DNA of 64,000 nucleotides. Source: Thermodesulfobacteriota bacterium. Lineage in GTDB: Bacteria > Desulfobacterota > Binatia > Bin18. Below the pieces are notes generated by a model. The model saw nothing but the letters and a program-made list of their open reading frames with translations. It was not told where the DNA came from and ran no database searches. The position numbers were made by a program, and so were the translations under genes. Positions 29,122 through 39,164 of the stretch are shown piece by piece; position 1 is the stretch's first letter; every line of letters begins with the position of its first letter. Location of the stretch: positions 1,120,001 through 1,184,000 of the forward strand of contig OZ219926.1 of assembly GCA_964291405.2 (NCBI GenBank), in the 5' to 3' direction.

Positions 29122-30564
29122 TTAGGCACACACCGGCGGCAGTTTATCTATCCACGGCTGGGCCTGTTCGAGTTGAGCCGCAACGCTGAGCAACACGTCT
29201 TCCCGTCCGTACGCAGGCATGAGATGCACACCAACCGGCAGACCGTCTTCACTCCAGTGCAAGGGCAAGGAAATCCCCGGCTGGCCGGTCACGTTCGCAA
29301 CCGGAGTGTACGGGATAAGGTCAATCACCCGCCGATACACCTCGGCCGGTTCGGCCGCGGCGCTGCATAATTGGCCTAAAGGCGGTGCCGGTGAACTCAG
29401 GGTCGCAGTGAGAAGCAGGTCAAACCCGTCTGCCCACCAGGCGGCGAGACGCCGTTCCCAGCGTTCCAGCCATTCAAGCGCGGCAATATACTCCGTCACG
29501 CCTATGGACCGGCCCCGGTTCATGAGGTCCCAGGTGTAGCGCTCAAAATCGCCGGGTCCGACTTCGCGGCCAAGCGCGTCGGCGACGTCTTCCGCGGTCC
29601 GTGCGGAGTGGGCGAGCACAATCGTGCCAAAGGGAGCACCCCATTGCTCGTCCAGCGCTTCCGGATACGCAGTTTCGACCTGATGCCCCAGAGACTCCAG
29701 TAGCTTGGCCGTGTTCTCTGCTGCGGCTATAGATTCGGGATGCAGGGCGTCTTGATTGCCCGGCCGCTTGGTCATCAGACCGATACGGAGCGAGCCAGGC
29801 TCACGTTGGGCGGCCTCGGCGAATGAGCCCTCGCACGCGGGAGCCGTATACGGGTCGCCCGGCATGCTCCCGGCGGTTGCATCGAGGATGGTGGCCGCGT
29901 CACGCACGGACAGGGAGACTACGCCTTCGGCAATACAGCCGGCCCAAGCTTCGCCATAATCCGGCCCGAGCGATAACCGACCCCGGCTGGGCTTCAGGCC
30001 GACCAGCCCACACGCGCTGGCCGGGATGCGAATTGACCCCCCGCCATCATTGGCGTGTGCCACGGGAACTATACGCGATGCCACCGCCGCGGCACTGCCG
30101 CCGCTCGACCCACCGGTCGAGTGGTTGGTATTCCACGGATTCCGGGTTGGCCCGTAGGCTTCCGGCTCCGTCGTGGTGGCGAACCCGAATTCCGGAGTAT
30201 TGGTCTGGCCAATCGTAATCAGGCCGGTGGCACGGAATTTCTCGGCCAGATAGGTACTGTGCGGCGCCGTGTATTTCCCCGCTTTGAGCGCCTTACAGCC
30301 GCTATGGATTTCGTCACCCGCATGCACGCAGAACAGGTCTTTCAGCAGAAACGGTACCCCCTTAAGAGGGCCGTCGGGTAAGCTGGCCGAGTCCGCTTCG
30401 GCGCGCGCTTTTTCATAGCGCGGACGGATTACGGCATTGAGTTGCGGATTGAGCTTTTCAACCCGCTCGATAGCGGCATCCACAAGCTCCCGCGGACTGG
30501 CTGCTCCGCTCCGCACCAGCTCGGCCTGCGCGGTTGCATCCATTTTTGTGAGATCGTCTGCCAT
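29122..30564 (-). CDS. Amidase signature family enzyme (paralogue of 22980-24425)
   Basis: [31 protein letters not shown]; same C-terminal PPVCA. Confidence 0.93.
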   Translation of the reverse strand: MADDLTKMDATAQAELVRSGAASPRELVDAAIERVEKLNPQLNAVIRPRYEKARAEADSASLPDGPLKGVPFLLKDLFCVHAGDEIHSGCKALKAGKYTAPHSTYLAEKFRATGLITIGQTNTPEFGFATTTEPEAYGPTRNPWNTNHSTGGSSGGSAAAVASRIVPVAHANDGGGSIRIPASACGLVGLKPSRGRLSLGPDYGEAWAGCIAEGVVSLSVRDAATILDATAGSMPGDPYTAPACEGSFAEAAQREPGSLRIGLMTKRPGNQDALHPESIAAAENTAKLLESLGHQVETAYPEALDEQWGAPFGTIVLAHSARTAEDVADALGREVGPGDFERYTWDLMNRGRSIGVTEYIAALEWLERWERRLAAWWADGFDLLLTATLSSPAPPLGQLCSAAAEPAEVYRRVIDLIPYTPVANVTGQPGISLPLHWSEDGLPVGVHLMPAYGREDVLLSVAAQLEQAQPWIDKLPPVCA

Positions 30565-30734
30565 AGTCTCTCCTCCCTTGTGGTTGATCGTGAATTATCT
30601 TGCCAGGCGAGAAAGTTTGTCAAGGAAAAGAATGAAGGAAGGGGAAATATTTACTTGTCATTGGGTCTTCCCATCGCTACTCTTTTCATCGCTATTGAGT
30701 ATGAAGCCTGATGCACGAACATGATCGTGTTGTT

Positions 30735-31024
30735 ATGGAATTTACGTGGGACGAAGAGAAGGCAAGAGCGAATCTCTCCAAACATGGGTAGGGTTTGACG
30801 AGGCCAAAACCGTATTTGATGATCCGCTCTATATCGATTTCTATGATCCCGATCATTCCGACGACGAGTATCGTTATATTATTATAGGAGAGTCACAACA
30901 TGATGGCCGCTTGCTGATCGTAGCCTACACAGAAAGGGAAGATACAACACGATTGATCAGCGCCAGGGAAGCCACAACGGCAGAAAGAAAAGCCTATGAA
31001 GAAGGATACAACACCGAAAGATGA
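30735..31024 (+). pseudogene. brnT: BrnT family toxin, frameshifted
   Basis: MEFTWDEEKARANLSKHG then TAG at 30789; continues in another frame as VGFDEAKTVFDDP...DHSDDEYRYIIIG...RLISAREAT; one extra G in GGG at 30786-30788 restores the frame. Confidence 0.85.
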
Positions 31025-31232
31025 TGAACTGCGCCCGGAGTACGATCTCAAAAACTTACGGGTCAGAAAAATGGGACCGGGCCGTAAAAGTTTTGGCGAT
31101 ACGGTTCGCTTAGAGGCTGATGTAATAAAAGTGTTTCCCAGTGCGGAGGCGGTGAATGAGGCGCTACGCTTTCTCATCAAGGTCACGAAAGACAGCACCC
31201 ACACGCTTCGAAGTGGTAAAGACGATATTTAA
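30996..31232 (+). CDS. BrnA-like antitoxin
   Basis: DELRPEYD...VRLEADVIKVFPSAEAVNEALR; overlaps the end of brnT. Confidence 0.78.
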   Translation: MKKDTTPKDDELRPEYDLKNLRVRKMGPGRKSFGDTVRLEADVIKVFPSAEAVNEALRFLIKVTKDSTHTLRSGKDDI

Positions 31233-31292
31233 CTCCTAGCTCTTATTGTGGATGGCTTGTCTGCCTGAGTAATACCACTGGAGAGCACACAT

Positions 31293-32336
31293 ATGGACCG
31301 TATCGGGGTTGGTTTCTGGGGCGGGATGGCGGTCAATGAACTCATTGACTGCGTCAGCCTGGCAGATCAAAAAGGCTACGAGTCTGCCTACCTGATCGAA
31401 AGCTTTGCCGATGCCTTTGGCGTCCTGGCGGCGTGCGCGCGTGAAACGTCCAAGATTATTCTTGCGACCGGTGTAGCCACGGTCTTTACGCGCAACCCGA
31501 CGACTATTGCCACCGCAGCCGCAACCGTGGACGCTATTTCAGCGGGCCGCTTTCGACTCGGCCTAGGCATCGGCCACTCGGAAATCCACCAGGCGCGGGA
31601 TAGTCTGGAACCGGACCGTCCCTTCCCTTTTGACCGACCCCTGCGCCGGCTGCGCGAAACAACCGAGGTTGTCCGAACCGTCCTGAAAGGTGCCGCCGAG
31701 GGCAGGCGTATCAATTATACCGGTCAGGTCTTCCAGATTACCGACTACGAGCCGTGGCTTCACCCGTACCGCGATACGATCCCATGCTACTTTGGGGCAC
31801 TGTCGGAAAAGACCCTTGCGTTGGCGGGCGAGATCGCCGACGGCGTCCTGCCCATTTTTGTCCCGCTCGATATGGTTCCGGATGTCCTGTCAGCGGTCCG
31901 GCGCGGGGCGCGGCGTATTGGTCGTGACCCGTCTGCCATTGATATTGGCTGCTATCTGCCGTGTTGTGTCAGCCCGGACCCCGCAGCCGCGAAACGCGCC
32001 ATGCAGTACGTGACAGCTATTCATGTGAGCGCTTATGTCCTGTACGCACAGTATTTTGAAAGACACGGCCACGCGGAGACGGTCGCGCGTATGCGGACCT
32101 GCGCGGCACGTGGCGATATGGATGGGGCTACCGCCCTGGTCACCGATGAGATGGTTGACGCCTTTGCCGTCTATGGGTCCGCCGAGCAGTGCTCCCAGAA
32201 GATCGCTCGCTACCGAGAGGCCGGAGTGACGCTGCCCATTGTCTACCCCATACATCCGACTTTCACCAACTATCTGCCGGATGCCGCGGCACGGGACGGC
32301 ATCCGCCATACCCTTGAGGCTCTGGCTCCGGGCTAA
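31293..32336 (+). CDS. LLM class flavin/F420-dependent oxidoreductase
   Basis: ILATGV...RNP..IA..AATVDAISAGRFRLGLG; LALAGEIADG. Confidence 0.9.
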   Translation: MDRIGVGFWGGMAVNELIDCVSLADQKGYESAYLIESFADAFGVLAACARETSKIILATGVATVFTRNPTTIATAAATVDAISAGRFRLGLGIGHSEIHQARDSLEPDRPFPFDRPLRRLRETTEVVRTVLKGAAEGRRINYTGQVFQITDYEPWLHPYRDTIPCYFGALSEKTLALAGEIADGVLPIFVPLDMVPDVLSAVRRGARRIGRDPSAIDIGCYLPCCVSPDPAAAKRAMQYVTAIHVSAYVLYAQYFERHGHAETVARMRTCAARGDMDGATALVTDEMVDAFAVYGSAEQCSQKIARYREAGVTLPIVYPIHPTFTNYLPDAAARDGIRHTLEALAPG

Positions 32337-32619
32337 GAGAGCTTAAGCAGCAAGCGTTGCTCTGCTGATGCGTGGTGTCTTCACTCCGCCCGTCTGAGGA
32401 CACCTTCGTTTTCCAGCGCTCGAAGATGAAGTAGGCGCTCCGATCATCCTTGAGAAAGGGCATCGCCCGCGAAAAATCACCTTTGGGCGCAAGCTCCACC
32501 TTGATAATCTCAGCGCCCATCTCGGCCATCAGCCGTGTCACCGTCGGCCCGGCCAGCACCTGCGTAAAATCCAGCACCTTGTAGCCGTCTAAGACGTGGA
32601 CCAGCTCTTCGTTTGACAT
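32263..32619 (-). pseudogene. CaiB/BaiF (family III) CoA-transferase, N-terminal fragment
   Basis: LDGYKVLDFTQVLAGPTVTRLMAEMGAEIIKVE...GD.SR...SAYF, similarity lost after ~65 aa; GAGGAGGAG RBS intact. Confidence 0.82.
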
Positions 32620-32750
32620 ACGCTCCTCCTCATAGGCCATCACTCTACCCTGCCCGTTTTTAACGGGGAAGTGGCGAGGAGGCTCGCCTCGCGCCTCGTC
32701 CTGGGGTAAGAAAAGTGCAGGTAAAGAACAGGCAGCACAGGAGGAAACAC

Positions 32751-33041
32751 ATGCCAGCCTATATCATTGCGGATGTTCAGGTGACCGACCCCGAGGTGTA
32801 CGTCGGTTACACCAAACTCGTTCCGGCAACCGTTGAAGCCTACGGCGGGAAGTTCGTCGTCCGGGGGGGAGCCGCCGAAAATCTTGAGGGCGACTGGGAA
32901 CCCAACCGGGTGGTTGTGCTCGAATTCGAGAGCGTTGCCCAGGCCAAGGCGTGGTATGACTCGGAAGAGTACCGTGAGCCCAAGGGCATCCGGCACAGCG
33001 CCTCTCATGGGAAAATGATTGTGGTTGAAGGGGCAGCGTAA
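32751..33041 (+). CDS. DUF1330 domain protein
   Basis: YGGKFVVRGG....LEGDW.PNRVVVLEFES...AKAWYDSEEY. Confidence 0.9.
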   Translation: MPAYIIADVQVTDPEVYVGYTKLVPATVEAYGGKFVVRGGAAENLEGDWEPNRVVVLEFESVAQAKAWYDSEEYREPKGIRHSASHGKMIVVEGAA

Positions 33042-33047
33042 TCGCGT

Positions 33048-33542
33048 ATGCAATTCCTGACGACAGATTTATGTGACACCCATCCATACCTTGTCCGTGT
33101 TGTGGAACCACTGTTTACCAATTACGGCGGCAAGGTCTGTTTTGGTGGTGAGGTCGTGACCATAAAATGTCACGAAGATAATTCCTTGGTAAAAGAGAGC
33201 GCCGACAAGCCGGGGCAGGGAAAAGTCATGGTCGTGGACGGGGGCGGCTCCATGCGACGCGCCCTACTGGGCGATATGATCGCAGCCACGGCACTCCGGA
33301 ATGGCTGGGAAGGGTGCATTATCTATGGCTGTATTCGGGATATTGATGCCATCCGGGGGTTGGAGCTTGGCGTGCAGGCGCTCGGAGTCATGCCCCTGCG
33401 AACAGAGAAACGTGGCATTGGCGACCTGAATGTTCCGGTCACGTTCGGGGGGGTCACCTTTCAGCCGGGCGAGTTCGTATACGCGGATAATAACGGTATT
33501 ATTGTGTCAGCCGAGCCGCTTATCACGCCTAACGGGGGATAG
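33048..33542 (+). CDS. rraA: RraA family protein (RNase E regulator / HMG aldolase-like)
   Basis: [41 protein letters not shown]. Confidence 0.9.
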   Translation: MQFLTTDLCDTHPYLVRVVEPLFTNYGGKVCFGGEVVTIKCHEDNSLVKESADKPGQGKVMVVDGGGSMRRALLGDMIAATALRNGWEGCIIYGCIRDIDAIRGLELGVQALGVMPLRTEKRGIGDLNVPVTFGGVTFQPGEFVYADNNGIIVSAEPLITPNGG

Positions 33543-33578
33543 CTTGATTTATACATTGCCATGTGCAAGCATCCGCAC

Positions 33579-33779
33579 ATGGCGACCAATTTGCAGATTG
33601 ACAACAATTTGATGCAAGAAGCCCTGAGACTGGGCGGACATCGGACGAAGCGGGCAGTTGTTGAGGCAGCGCTCCGTGAGTATGTCCAGCGCCGCAAACA
33701 AATCAAAATCATAGGGTTGTTCGGTACTATCGAGTATGACACCGGCTATGATTACAAAAGACAACGGAAAAGAAAGTGA
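33579..33779 (+). CDS. vapB: VapB-type antitoxin (DUF2191-like)
   Basis: MATNLQIDNNLMQEALRLGGHRTKRAVVEAALREYV. Confidence 0.88.
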   Translation: MATNLQIDNNLMQEALRLGGHRTKRAVVEAALREYVQRRKQIKIIGLFGTIEYDTGYDYKRQRKRK

Positions 33780-34177
33780 AGGTCATCGTCGACACGTCAG
33801 TATGGTCACTGGCACTGAGACGTAATCGAAAACCAGATGTCCCACATGTAACGGTATTCCGAGATTTAATCGTTGACGGCCGGACCGCGTTATTAGGGGC
33901 CGTTAGGCAAGAAATTCTCTCCGGGCTTCGCCATATTGATCACTTCGAACGGTTGAAAAATTATCTTCGTGCATTCCCAGATATTGAGATGAGCATAGAG
34001 GATTATGAGTTGGCATCGGAGTTCTATAACACCTGCCGGAGTAACGGCGTTCAGGGAGCAAATACGGATTTCCTTATTTGTGCGGCGTCCGTGCGAAGGA
34101 GTTATGGCATTCTGACGACGGACAAGGACTTCGACATTTTTCGTAAACACATACCTATCGTTCTGGTGGAACCGTAA
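33776..34177 (+). CDS. vapC: VapC/PIN domain toxin
   Basis: VIVDTSVWS...QEILSG...DFLICA...TTDKDF. Confidence 0.9.
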   Translation: MKVIVDTSVWSLALRRNRKPDVPHVTVFRDLIVDGRTALLGAVRQEILSGLRHIDHFERLKNYLRAFPDIEMSIEDYELASEFYNTCRSNGVQGANTDFLICAASVRRSYGILTTDKDFDIFRKHIPIVLVEP

Positions 34178-34220
34178 GGGAGAGCCCCACTGAACTGCGG
34201 GTAAGCCAAAGGAGGTCCCC

Positions 34221-34970
34221 ATGCTCATCGATCAGCCCGACGGCAATTTCACCTTCATTAAAAGCAGCGGCCCTTTTTCTTCGGGCTGCCGGGCCCAGCC
34301 CGGCTATGAGGTGGTGCACGCCAGCTTTCATCCGCTGCCTGCCCTGGAAAAAGGCTATGACTTGATAGCGCGTCATCTCCAGCAACTCGGCCGGCCCATC
34401 CAGGCCCTGTGCGGTATGGAGCTGCGCATCCCGCAACCGCTCTCGCCCCAGGGGTTTGCCGAGTTTAATGAACCCTACGTCCAGCGGATTACGGACTGGG
34501 GCGTCCTTGTTGATGGCCTCAACCCGACTGCGCGGACCAATGTGGCGCTAGCCGTGCACCCGGTTGCCGAGCCCTCGCTCTACGGGTTTTCCTATACCGT
34601 GCCCACGGACCACGACCGTCCCAGCTTTATGCTGTCCGGGGCGGCTGAAATCCAGCGGTCCGAAAAAGGAACTGAAATCGTCAGCCGCGGAGACGTGTCG
34701 CTGCAGGGCCTCAGTCAAAAGACACAGGCGGTTCTTGAGATCCTGACGGACCGCTTACAGGAGTTCAGCCTCGCCTGGACCGATGTGACGGCCGTCGAGC
34801 TGTACACCGTTCACAATGTACACCCGCTACTGGAAACGGAGGTTCTGCCCGGTCTGGTCAGCGGGGGGCATCACGGCCTGCGCTGGCACTATGCCCGTCC
34901 GCCGGTCACCGAGGTCGAGGTCGAGATGGGCGCGCAGGGGGTGTATCAGGAATGCGTACTGCCTGGCTGA
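34221..34970 (+). CDS. CnbZ-like (2-amino-5-chloromuconate deaminase-like) protein
   Basis: GRP..ALCGMELR.P.P....GF..FN..YV.....WG.....NP.ARTNV...P....FSYTVP recalls CnbZ; recognised from memory only. Confidence 0.65.
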   Translation: MLIDQPDGNFTFIKSSGPFSSGCRAQPGYEVVHASFHPLPALEKGYDLIARHLQQLGRPIQALCGMELRIPQPLSPQGFAEFNEPYVQRITDWGVLVDGLNPTARTNVALAVHPVAEPSLYGFSYTVPTDHDRPSFMLSGAAEIQRSEKGTEIVSRGDVSLQGLSQKTQAVLEILTDRLQEFSLAWTDVTAVELYTVHNVHPLLETEVLPGLVSGGHHGLRWHYARPPVTEVEVEMGAQGVYQECVLPG

Positions 34971-34979
34971 GACGGCCAT

Positions 34980-36425
34980 ATGTCACGCTACACTGTCTGG
35001 CTGTACGTTGTCCTACTTTCCAGCTTCTTCATAGCCGGGAACTCTCCTACAGCGACCTTCCTTGCTGGCAATAACCTCATCGTCCTGGAGGGCGGCACGC
35101 TGGTCGACGGCACGGGGGGAGAATCTCGGCCTAATGCAGTCGTTGCGATGAGCGACGGTACGATTGTGGCAGTGGGTACAAAGGGAGAGTTTCGGTATCC
35201 AGCTGACGCAACCATCAGAGACGTGACAGGACAGTATATTATCCCTGGCTTGACTGACATGCATGCCCATATTCCCGTTGGCCCTTTCCAACCACAAGAG
35301 GTCGATGGCAGGGTCAGGATGCGCGTAGGCTATGACGCGGCTGCAACCGAACAGTTCTTGAAGACCCTGTTGGCCATGGGTATCACCACCGTCCGCAGCA
35401 CAGCGGGCCTAACGGCTGAATCGGTGGCTTTGAAAAAGGCGGTCGTAGCCGGAGCGCTGATCGGACCTGATCTGTACGTGGCTGGAAACGTGATCGACGC
35501 GCCGCCCAGTTACTGGGTGGGAGACTTTGTGTCCGAAGTCCGTACCGAGGAAGAAGTCCGGGCAGAGGTCCGCAGGCAGGCCACCGCCGGAGTTGATTTC
35601 ATTAAACTCTATATTTCTTTGCCACCCGAACTTGTCTGCGCCGGGATTGAAGAGGCGCAGGCGAGCAATATCAAAGCGTTGGGGCATCTGTCCGCGACAA
35701 GTTGGACTGAGGCTGGCAAGTGCAAAATAGATGGCCTAGTTCACGCTATCCCCTCTGCCGCCTCTCTTCTCCCGGCTGCTCAGAGAGCCGAGTATGCGAA
35801 GTTCACAGATATGCGCGCGCTCTACCAATGGCCCGCTCGGGTTGATCTCAACGGAGCGGAAATCGATGAAATGATTACGGTACTCGTGGAACAGAGAATA
35901 CCCGTTGATCCGACGTTGGTGGTATTTGAAGCGGTCTTTTGGGGGGATGATCCGTCCTACAGCGATCATCCAGAGCTCGGATTGACCCCGGCAGTGGTAG
36001 TGGACAGCTGGAAGCAGGGCGGGCACTCATCAGGTTGGACAGCCGGAGATTTTTCGGAAGCGAAGGCAGCCTGGCCTAAGGTCCTGGGCCTCACAAAAAT
36101 GATGTATGATCGCGGCGTGCGCATCCTGGCCGGTTCGGACACCCCCAATCCATTCGTTATTCCAGGTGTGAGTCTTCATCGCGAGTTGGAATTACTCGTT
36201 GATGCCGGCATTCCACCTGCGCAAGTACTGAAGATTGCCACACGAGACAGTGCTGAAGCGCTCGACATCCTGGACACGCAGGGAACGGTTGAGATTGGCA
36301 AGACCGCAAACCTGGTGGTCCTGACTGCTGACCCTTTAGATAACATTCAGAATACCCGAAAGATCGCAACGGTGTTTAAGGCAGGCGTCGCCTTTGATCC
36401 GCAGTCGTTACTTGCCACACACTGA
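34980..36425 (+). CDS. Amidohydrolase family protein with N-terminal signal peptide
   Basis: IIPGLTDMHAH, GVDFIKLY, AGSDTPN, G.VEIGK.ANLVVL..DPL. Confidence 0.9.
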   Translation: MSRYTVWLYVVLLSSFFIAGNSPTATFLAGNNLIVLEGGTLVDGTGGESRPNAVVAMSDGTIVAVGTKGEFRYPADATIRDVTGQYIIPGLTDMHAHIPVGPFQPQEVDGRVRMRVGYDAAATEQFLKTLLAMGITTVRSTAGLTAESVALKKAVVAGALIGPDLYVAGNVIDAPPSYWVGDFVSEVRTEEEVRAEVRRQATAGVDFIKLYISLPPELVCAGIEEAQASNIKALGHLSATSWTEAGKCKIDGLVHAIPSAASLLPAAQRAEYAKFTDMRALYQWPARVDLNGAEIDEMITVLVEQRIPVDPTLVVFEAVFWGDDPSYSDHPELGLTPAVVVDSWKQGGHSSGWTAGDFSEAKAAWPKVLGLTKMMYDRGVRILAGSDTPNPFVIPGVSLHRELELLVDAGIPPAQVLKIATRDSAEALDILDTQGTVEIGKTANLVVLTADPLDNIQNTRKIATVFKAGVAFDPQSLLATH

Positions 36426-36427
36426 TC

Positions 36428-36873
36428 TTGACCGAGGCCCTCAGGGAAGCCGAACAGTTTGGTGAAACAGATGTGCGCCTTACACTTGTGTTGAACAACT
36501 TGGCCGATCTGTATCTCGACTAGAGCGTTTTACTATAGGCTGTAGCCCTGCCGTTACGTGCTCGTCATGTCGGACGCGCTCCGGCATCCCTGCTTCGACT
36601 TCGCTCCGCTACGCTCAGCACGAACGGCAGACCGTTAGTCCTGAGCGTCAGGCGCAACGCGCCTGAAGTCGAAGGGCTACACGGAATCGTAATTTGCTCT
36701 AGAAAAAATACGCACAGGCCGAGCCGCTGTATCGCCGGGCTTTAGCGATTCGGGAAGCGCGGCTGAGCCCCACACATCTACTGGTCGCGCAGGGCCTGAA
36801 TACTCTGGCCACACTGAGCCGAGACCAAGGTCAATACGGTGAAGCAGAAGCCTTCATCAAGCGCTGCCTGTAG
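36428..36873 (+). pseudogene. Tetratricopeptide repeat protein relic, interrupted by an insertion
   Basis: LTEALREAEQFGETDVRLTLVLNNLADLYLD* | KKYAQAEPLYRRALAIREARLSPTHLLVAQGLNTLATLSRDQGQYGEAEAFIKRCL*; halves are in frame once the insert is removed. Confidence 0.8.
36524..36698. mobile_element. 175-bp non-autonomous MITE-like insertion flanked by CTAG
   Basis: CTAG at 36520-36523 and 36699-36702; imperfect terminal inverted repeats AGCGTTTTACTATAGGCTGTAGCCCT / AGGGCTACACGGAATCGTAATTTGCT; internal hairpins. Confidence 0.78.
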
Positions 36874-36937
36874 CGTGCGCCGTGCGCACAACAACCGGCA
36901 TACGCGTCCTCCTGATAACGTGAACAACCGTAATACG

Positions 36938-37339
36938 TCACGCCTCATCAGGCAAATACGCGATGGCCTCGACTTCCAGCAGGAGGTCTTCAAACGCCAG
37001 GGCGGCAACCTGGACACCCGTACTGGCCGGATTGAACTTGGTGAAGTATTCCCGCCGGACCGCGAAATACTCCTCGTAGTTCTCAATATTGGTGGTGAAA
37101 TAGGATGTCATTTTCACCACATTGTCGAAGGTCGCGCCCGCCTGCTCCAAGACCGTTTTCATATTCTCAAAGACTTGTCGCGTCTGTGCCCCCAGGTCGC
37201 CCTTGCCCACGACTCGACCGTCAGTATCGACTGCGACCTGGCCCGAGAGAAACAAGAGGTTGCCGATCTTCAGTCCTTGTGAGAGCGGAAAATTTTCGTC
37301 CCATTTCCAACCCGGATCAATAATGTGCGGCGTAATCAT
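36938..37339 (-). CDS. Rid family protein
   Basis: LFLSGQVA, QTRQVFEN, PASTGVQVAALA...LLLEVEAIA. Confidence 0.9.
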   Translation of the reverse strand: MITPHIIDPGWKWDENFPLSQGLKIGNLLFLSGQVAVDTDGRVVGKGDLGAQTRQVFENMKTVLEQAGATFDNVVKMTSYFTTNIENYEEYFAVRREYFTKFNPASTGVQVAALAFEDLLLEVEAIAYLPDEA

Positions 37340-37366
37340 CGGCTCTGCCCTCCTGTTCGTATGCGT

Positions 37367-39115
37367 TCATTTTCCATTGGATCTCGCGGCACGTGCCTGC
37401 TGTGTCGCGGTTTCGTCAACCGTGTGTGAAACCGAATCAATCACGACCCCGTACTCGCTCTCAGCCCCTTCAATCGAGACGTATTCGTTTTTCACATCGG
37501 CCAGAACCGCGGCGGGATCGCGCTTGAGCGGGTCACCCCAACCGCCACCACCGCAGCTCTGAAAAAACAGGACGTCTCCTCGCTCCGAGGGCTCAAGAAA
37601 CGCCACGTCGGTGACGGTCCGCGCCTGTTCGCTCTCATAGTGGACAACCGCATAATTCCCCACCCCGTCCTTCCCTCCGCAGTAGCCCTGCAAGGTGTGG
37701 CGGGCGCCCTGGACCCAGATATTCAAATAGATGGGCGAGTCGGTCTGGTAGGCCATGCGCTTCATGCTATAGGCCGGAGCGCCGCGCCACTGGCCCGCCG
37801 CGGCTGAGTCCGTGGTGTACTCGCCTTCCAAATACAGGAAAGGATACTGGATCTCGGTCATTTCGACTGAAGCCAGTTGGAGAGCGCAGAACAAAGCCGA
37901 CCAGCCGCCCCAGCCATCGACTCCATAGCTTCCTCCGGAGCTGATGGGCGAGGCGTGATAGTCATAGCTGATGAAAAAATTCTTTGTGCGGGGGTCCTCC
38001 CCGTGCGTCCAGAGCATGCTCAGGTCTATGCTGGTGGTGCCAACCAGTTCGGGCACAATTTTTCCCAAGGCCTGCATGACCGCTTCCCCGATCGTGCAGC
38101 CGATGCAGATGGTGGCATATCCGGCCGCGGCCGGCGAATTGGGATTCACCACCGAGCCCTCCGGCAGGACGACCCGAATCGGCCGGAAAAATCCTGAATT
38201 GATGGGCACGTCCGGACACACCGCGGAAAAGCAACCGTATACGTAGGAAATGGTATTCCCCACGACGCTGTTAATAACCCCCGGGCTCTGGGCGTGGGTA
38301 CCAGTGAAATCAACGACCACTTCACCTTCTTTCACTTCAATGCAGACATCCACATTGATGTTCTCGTTGCCGCGAAAGTCCTGGTCCAAGAGGCTGCGGC
38401 CGGTATAAGCACCCTTGGGCCACTGGGCGATGGCATTGCGAAATTTCTTCTCGCTGTAGTCGAAGGTGTACTGGACGCCCTCCTGAACAGTAGCCAGACC
38501 GTATTTATCGACCACCGCCCGAATACGCTCTTCACCTATTTTGCAGGCACCGATCATGGCGTTAATGTCGGCGATGGCGATATCGGGTAAGCGGTTGTTT
38601 GCCTTCAGCAAGTCCCAGACGTCCCGCCGCCGTTCGCCCTTTTCAAACACCTTGACAGGAGGAAAGCGAAAGCCTTCCTGCCAGACTTCCTCGGCCTCGG
38701 CATTGAGCCCACCCGGCACCGGACCGCCGACATCCAGCATATGCGCGCGCACCGAGGCAAAGAAGACCGGTTTGTTATTGCAGAAGACGGGCAGGATGAT
38801 GGTGTAGTCGCCGATGTGGGTCCCGCCAAAAAACGGGTCACAGGCCAGGATCACATCGCCGTCGTTGAGGTCACCACGGAAGAACCGGATACTGGCTTCG
38901 ACCGAGGTCAGGCAGGCGTAGATATGCACCGGCACCGCATCCCCCCGAGACACCAGCCCGACCTGCTTGCCGTCGTAGGAGAACACGCCGGCCGAACAAT
39001 CATGGGCTTCGTTGAAAATCGGCGAGACCGAAGCCCTGACCATGGTCTTGATGATTTCTTCCGCAACCGACTCGAAATATTCCCGGATGATCTCCGCGGT
39101 GATTGGGGTAATCAT
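37367..39115 (-). CDS. Hydantoinase B/oxoprolinase family subunit
   Basis: SPIFNEAHDCS, DPFFGGTHIGD, AHMLDVGG, GQWRG, GGGGWGDPLKRDP. Confidence 0.92.
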   Translation of the reverse strand: MITPITAEIIREYFESVAEEIIKTMVRASVSPIFNEAHDCSAGVFSYDGKQVGLVSRGDAVPVHIYACLTSVEASIRFFRGDLNDGDVILACDPFFGGTHIGDYTIILPVFCNNKPVFFASVRAHMLDVGGPVPGGLNAEAEEVWQEGFRFPPVKVFEKGERRRDVWDLLKANNRLPDIAIADINAMIGACKIGEERIRAVVDKYGLATVQEGVQYTFDYSEKKFRNAIAQWPKGAYTGRSLLDQDFRGNENINVDVCIEVKEGEVVVDFTGTHAQSPGVINSVVGNTISYVYGCFSAVCPDVPINSGFFRPIRVVLPEGSVVNPNSPAAAGYATICIGCTIGEAVMQALGKIVPELVGTTSIDLSMLWTHGEDPRTKNFFISYDYHASPISSGGSYGVDGWGGWSALFCALQLASVEMTEIQYPFLYLEGEYTTDSAAAGQWRGAPAYSMKRMAYQTDSPIYLNIWVQGARHTLQGYCGGKDGVGNYAVVHYESEQARTVTDVAFLEPSERGDVLFFQSCGGGGWGDPLKRDPAAVLADVKNEYVSIEGAESEYGVVIDSVSHTVDETATQQARAARSNGK

Positions 39116-39164
39116 GAGCTTACTCCTGTCTGACGCATATGCACTCGTCGGTTAAAGCCTGCGA

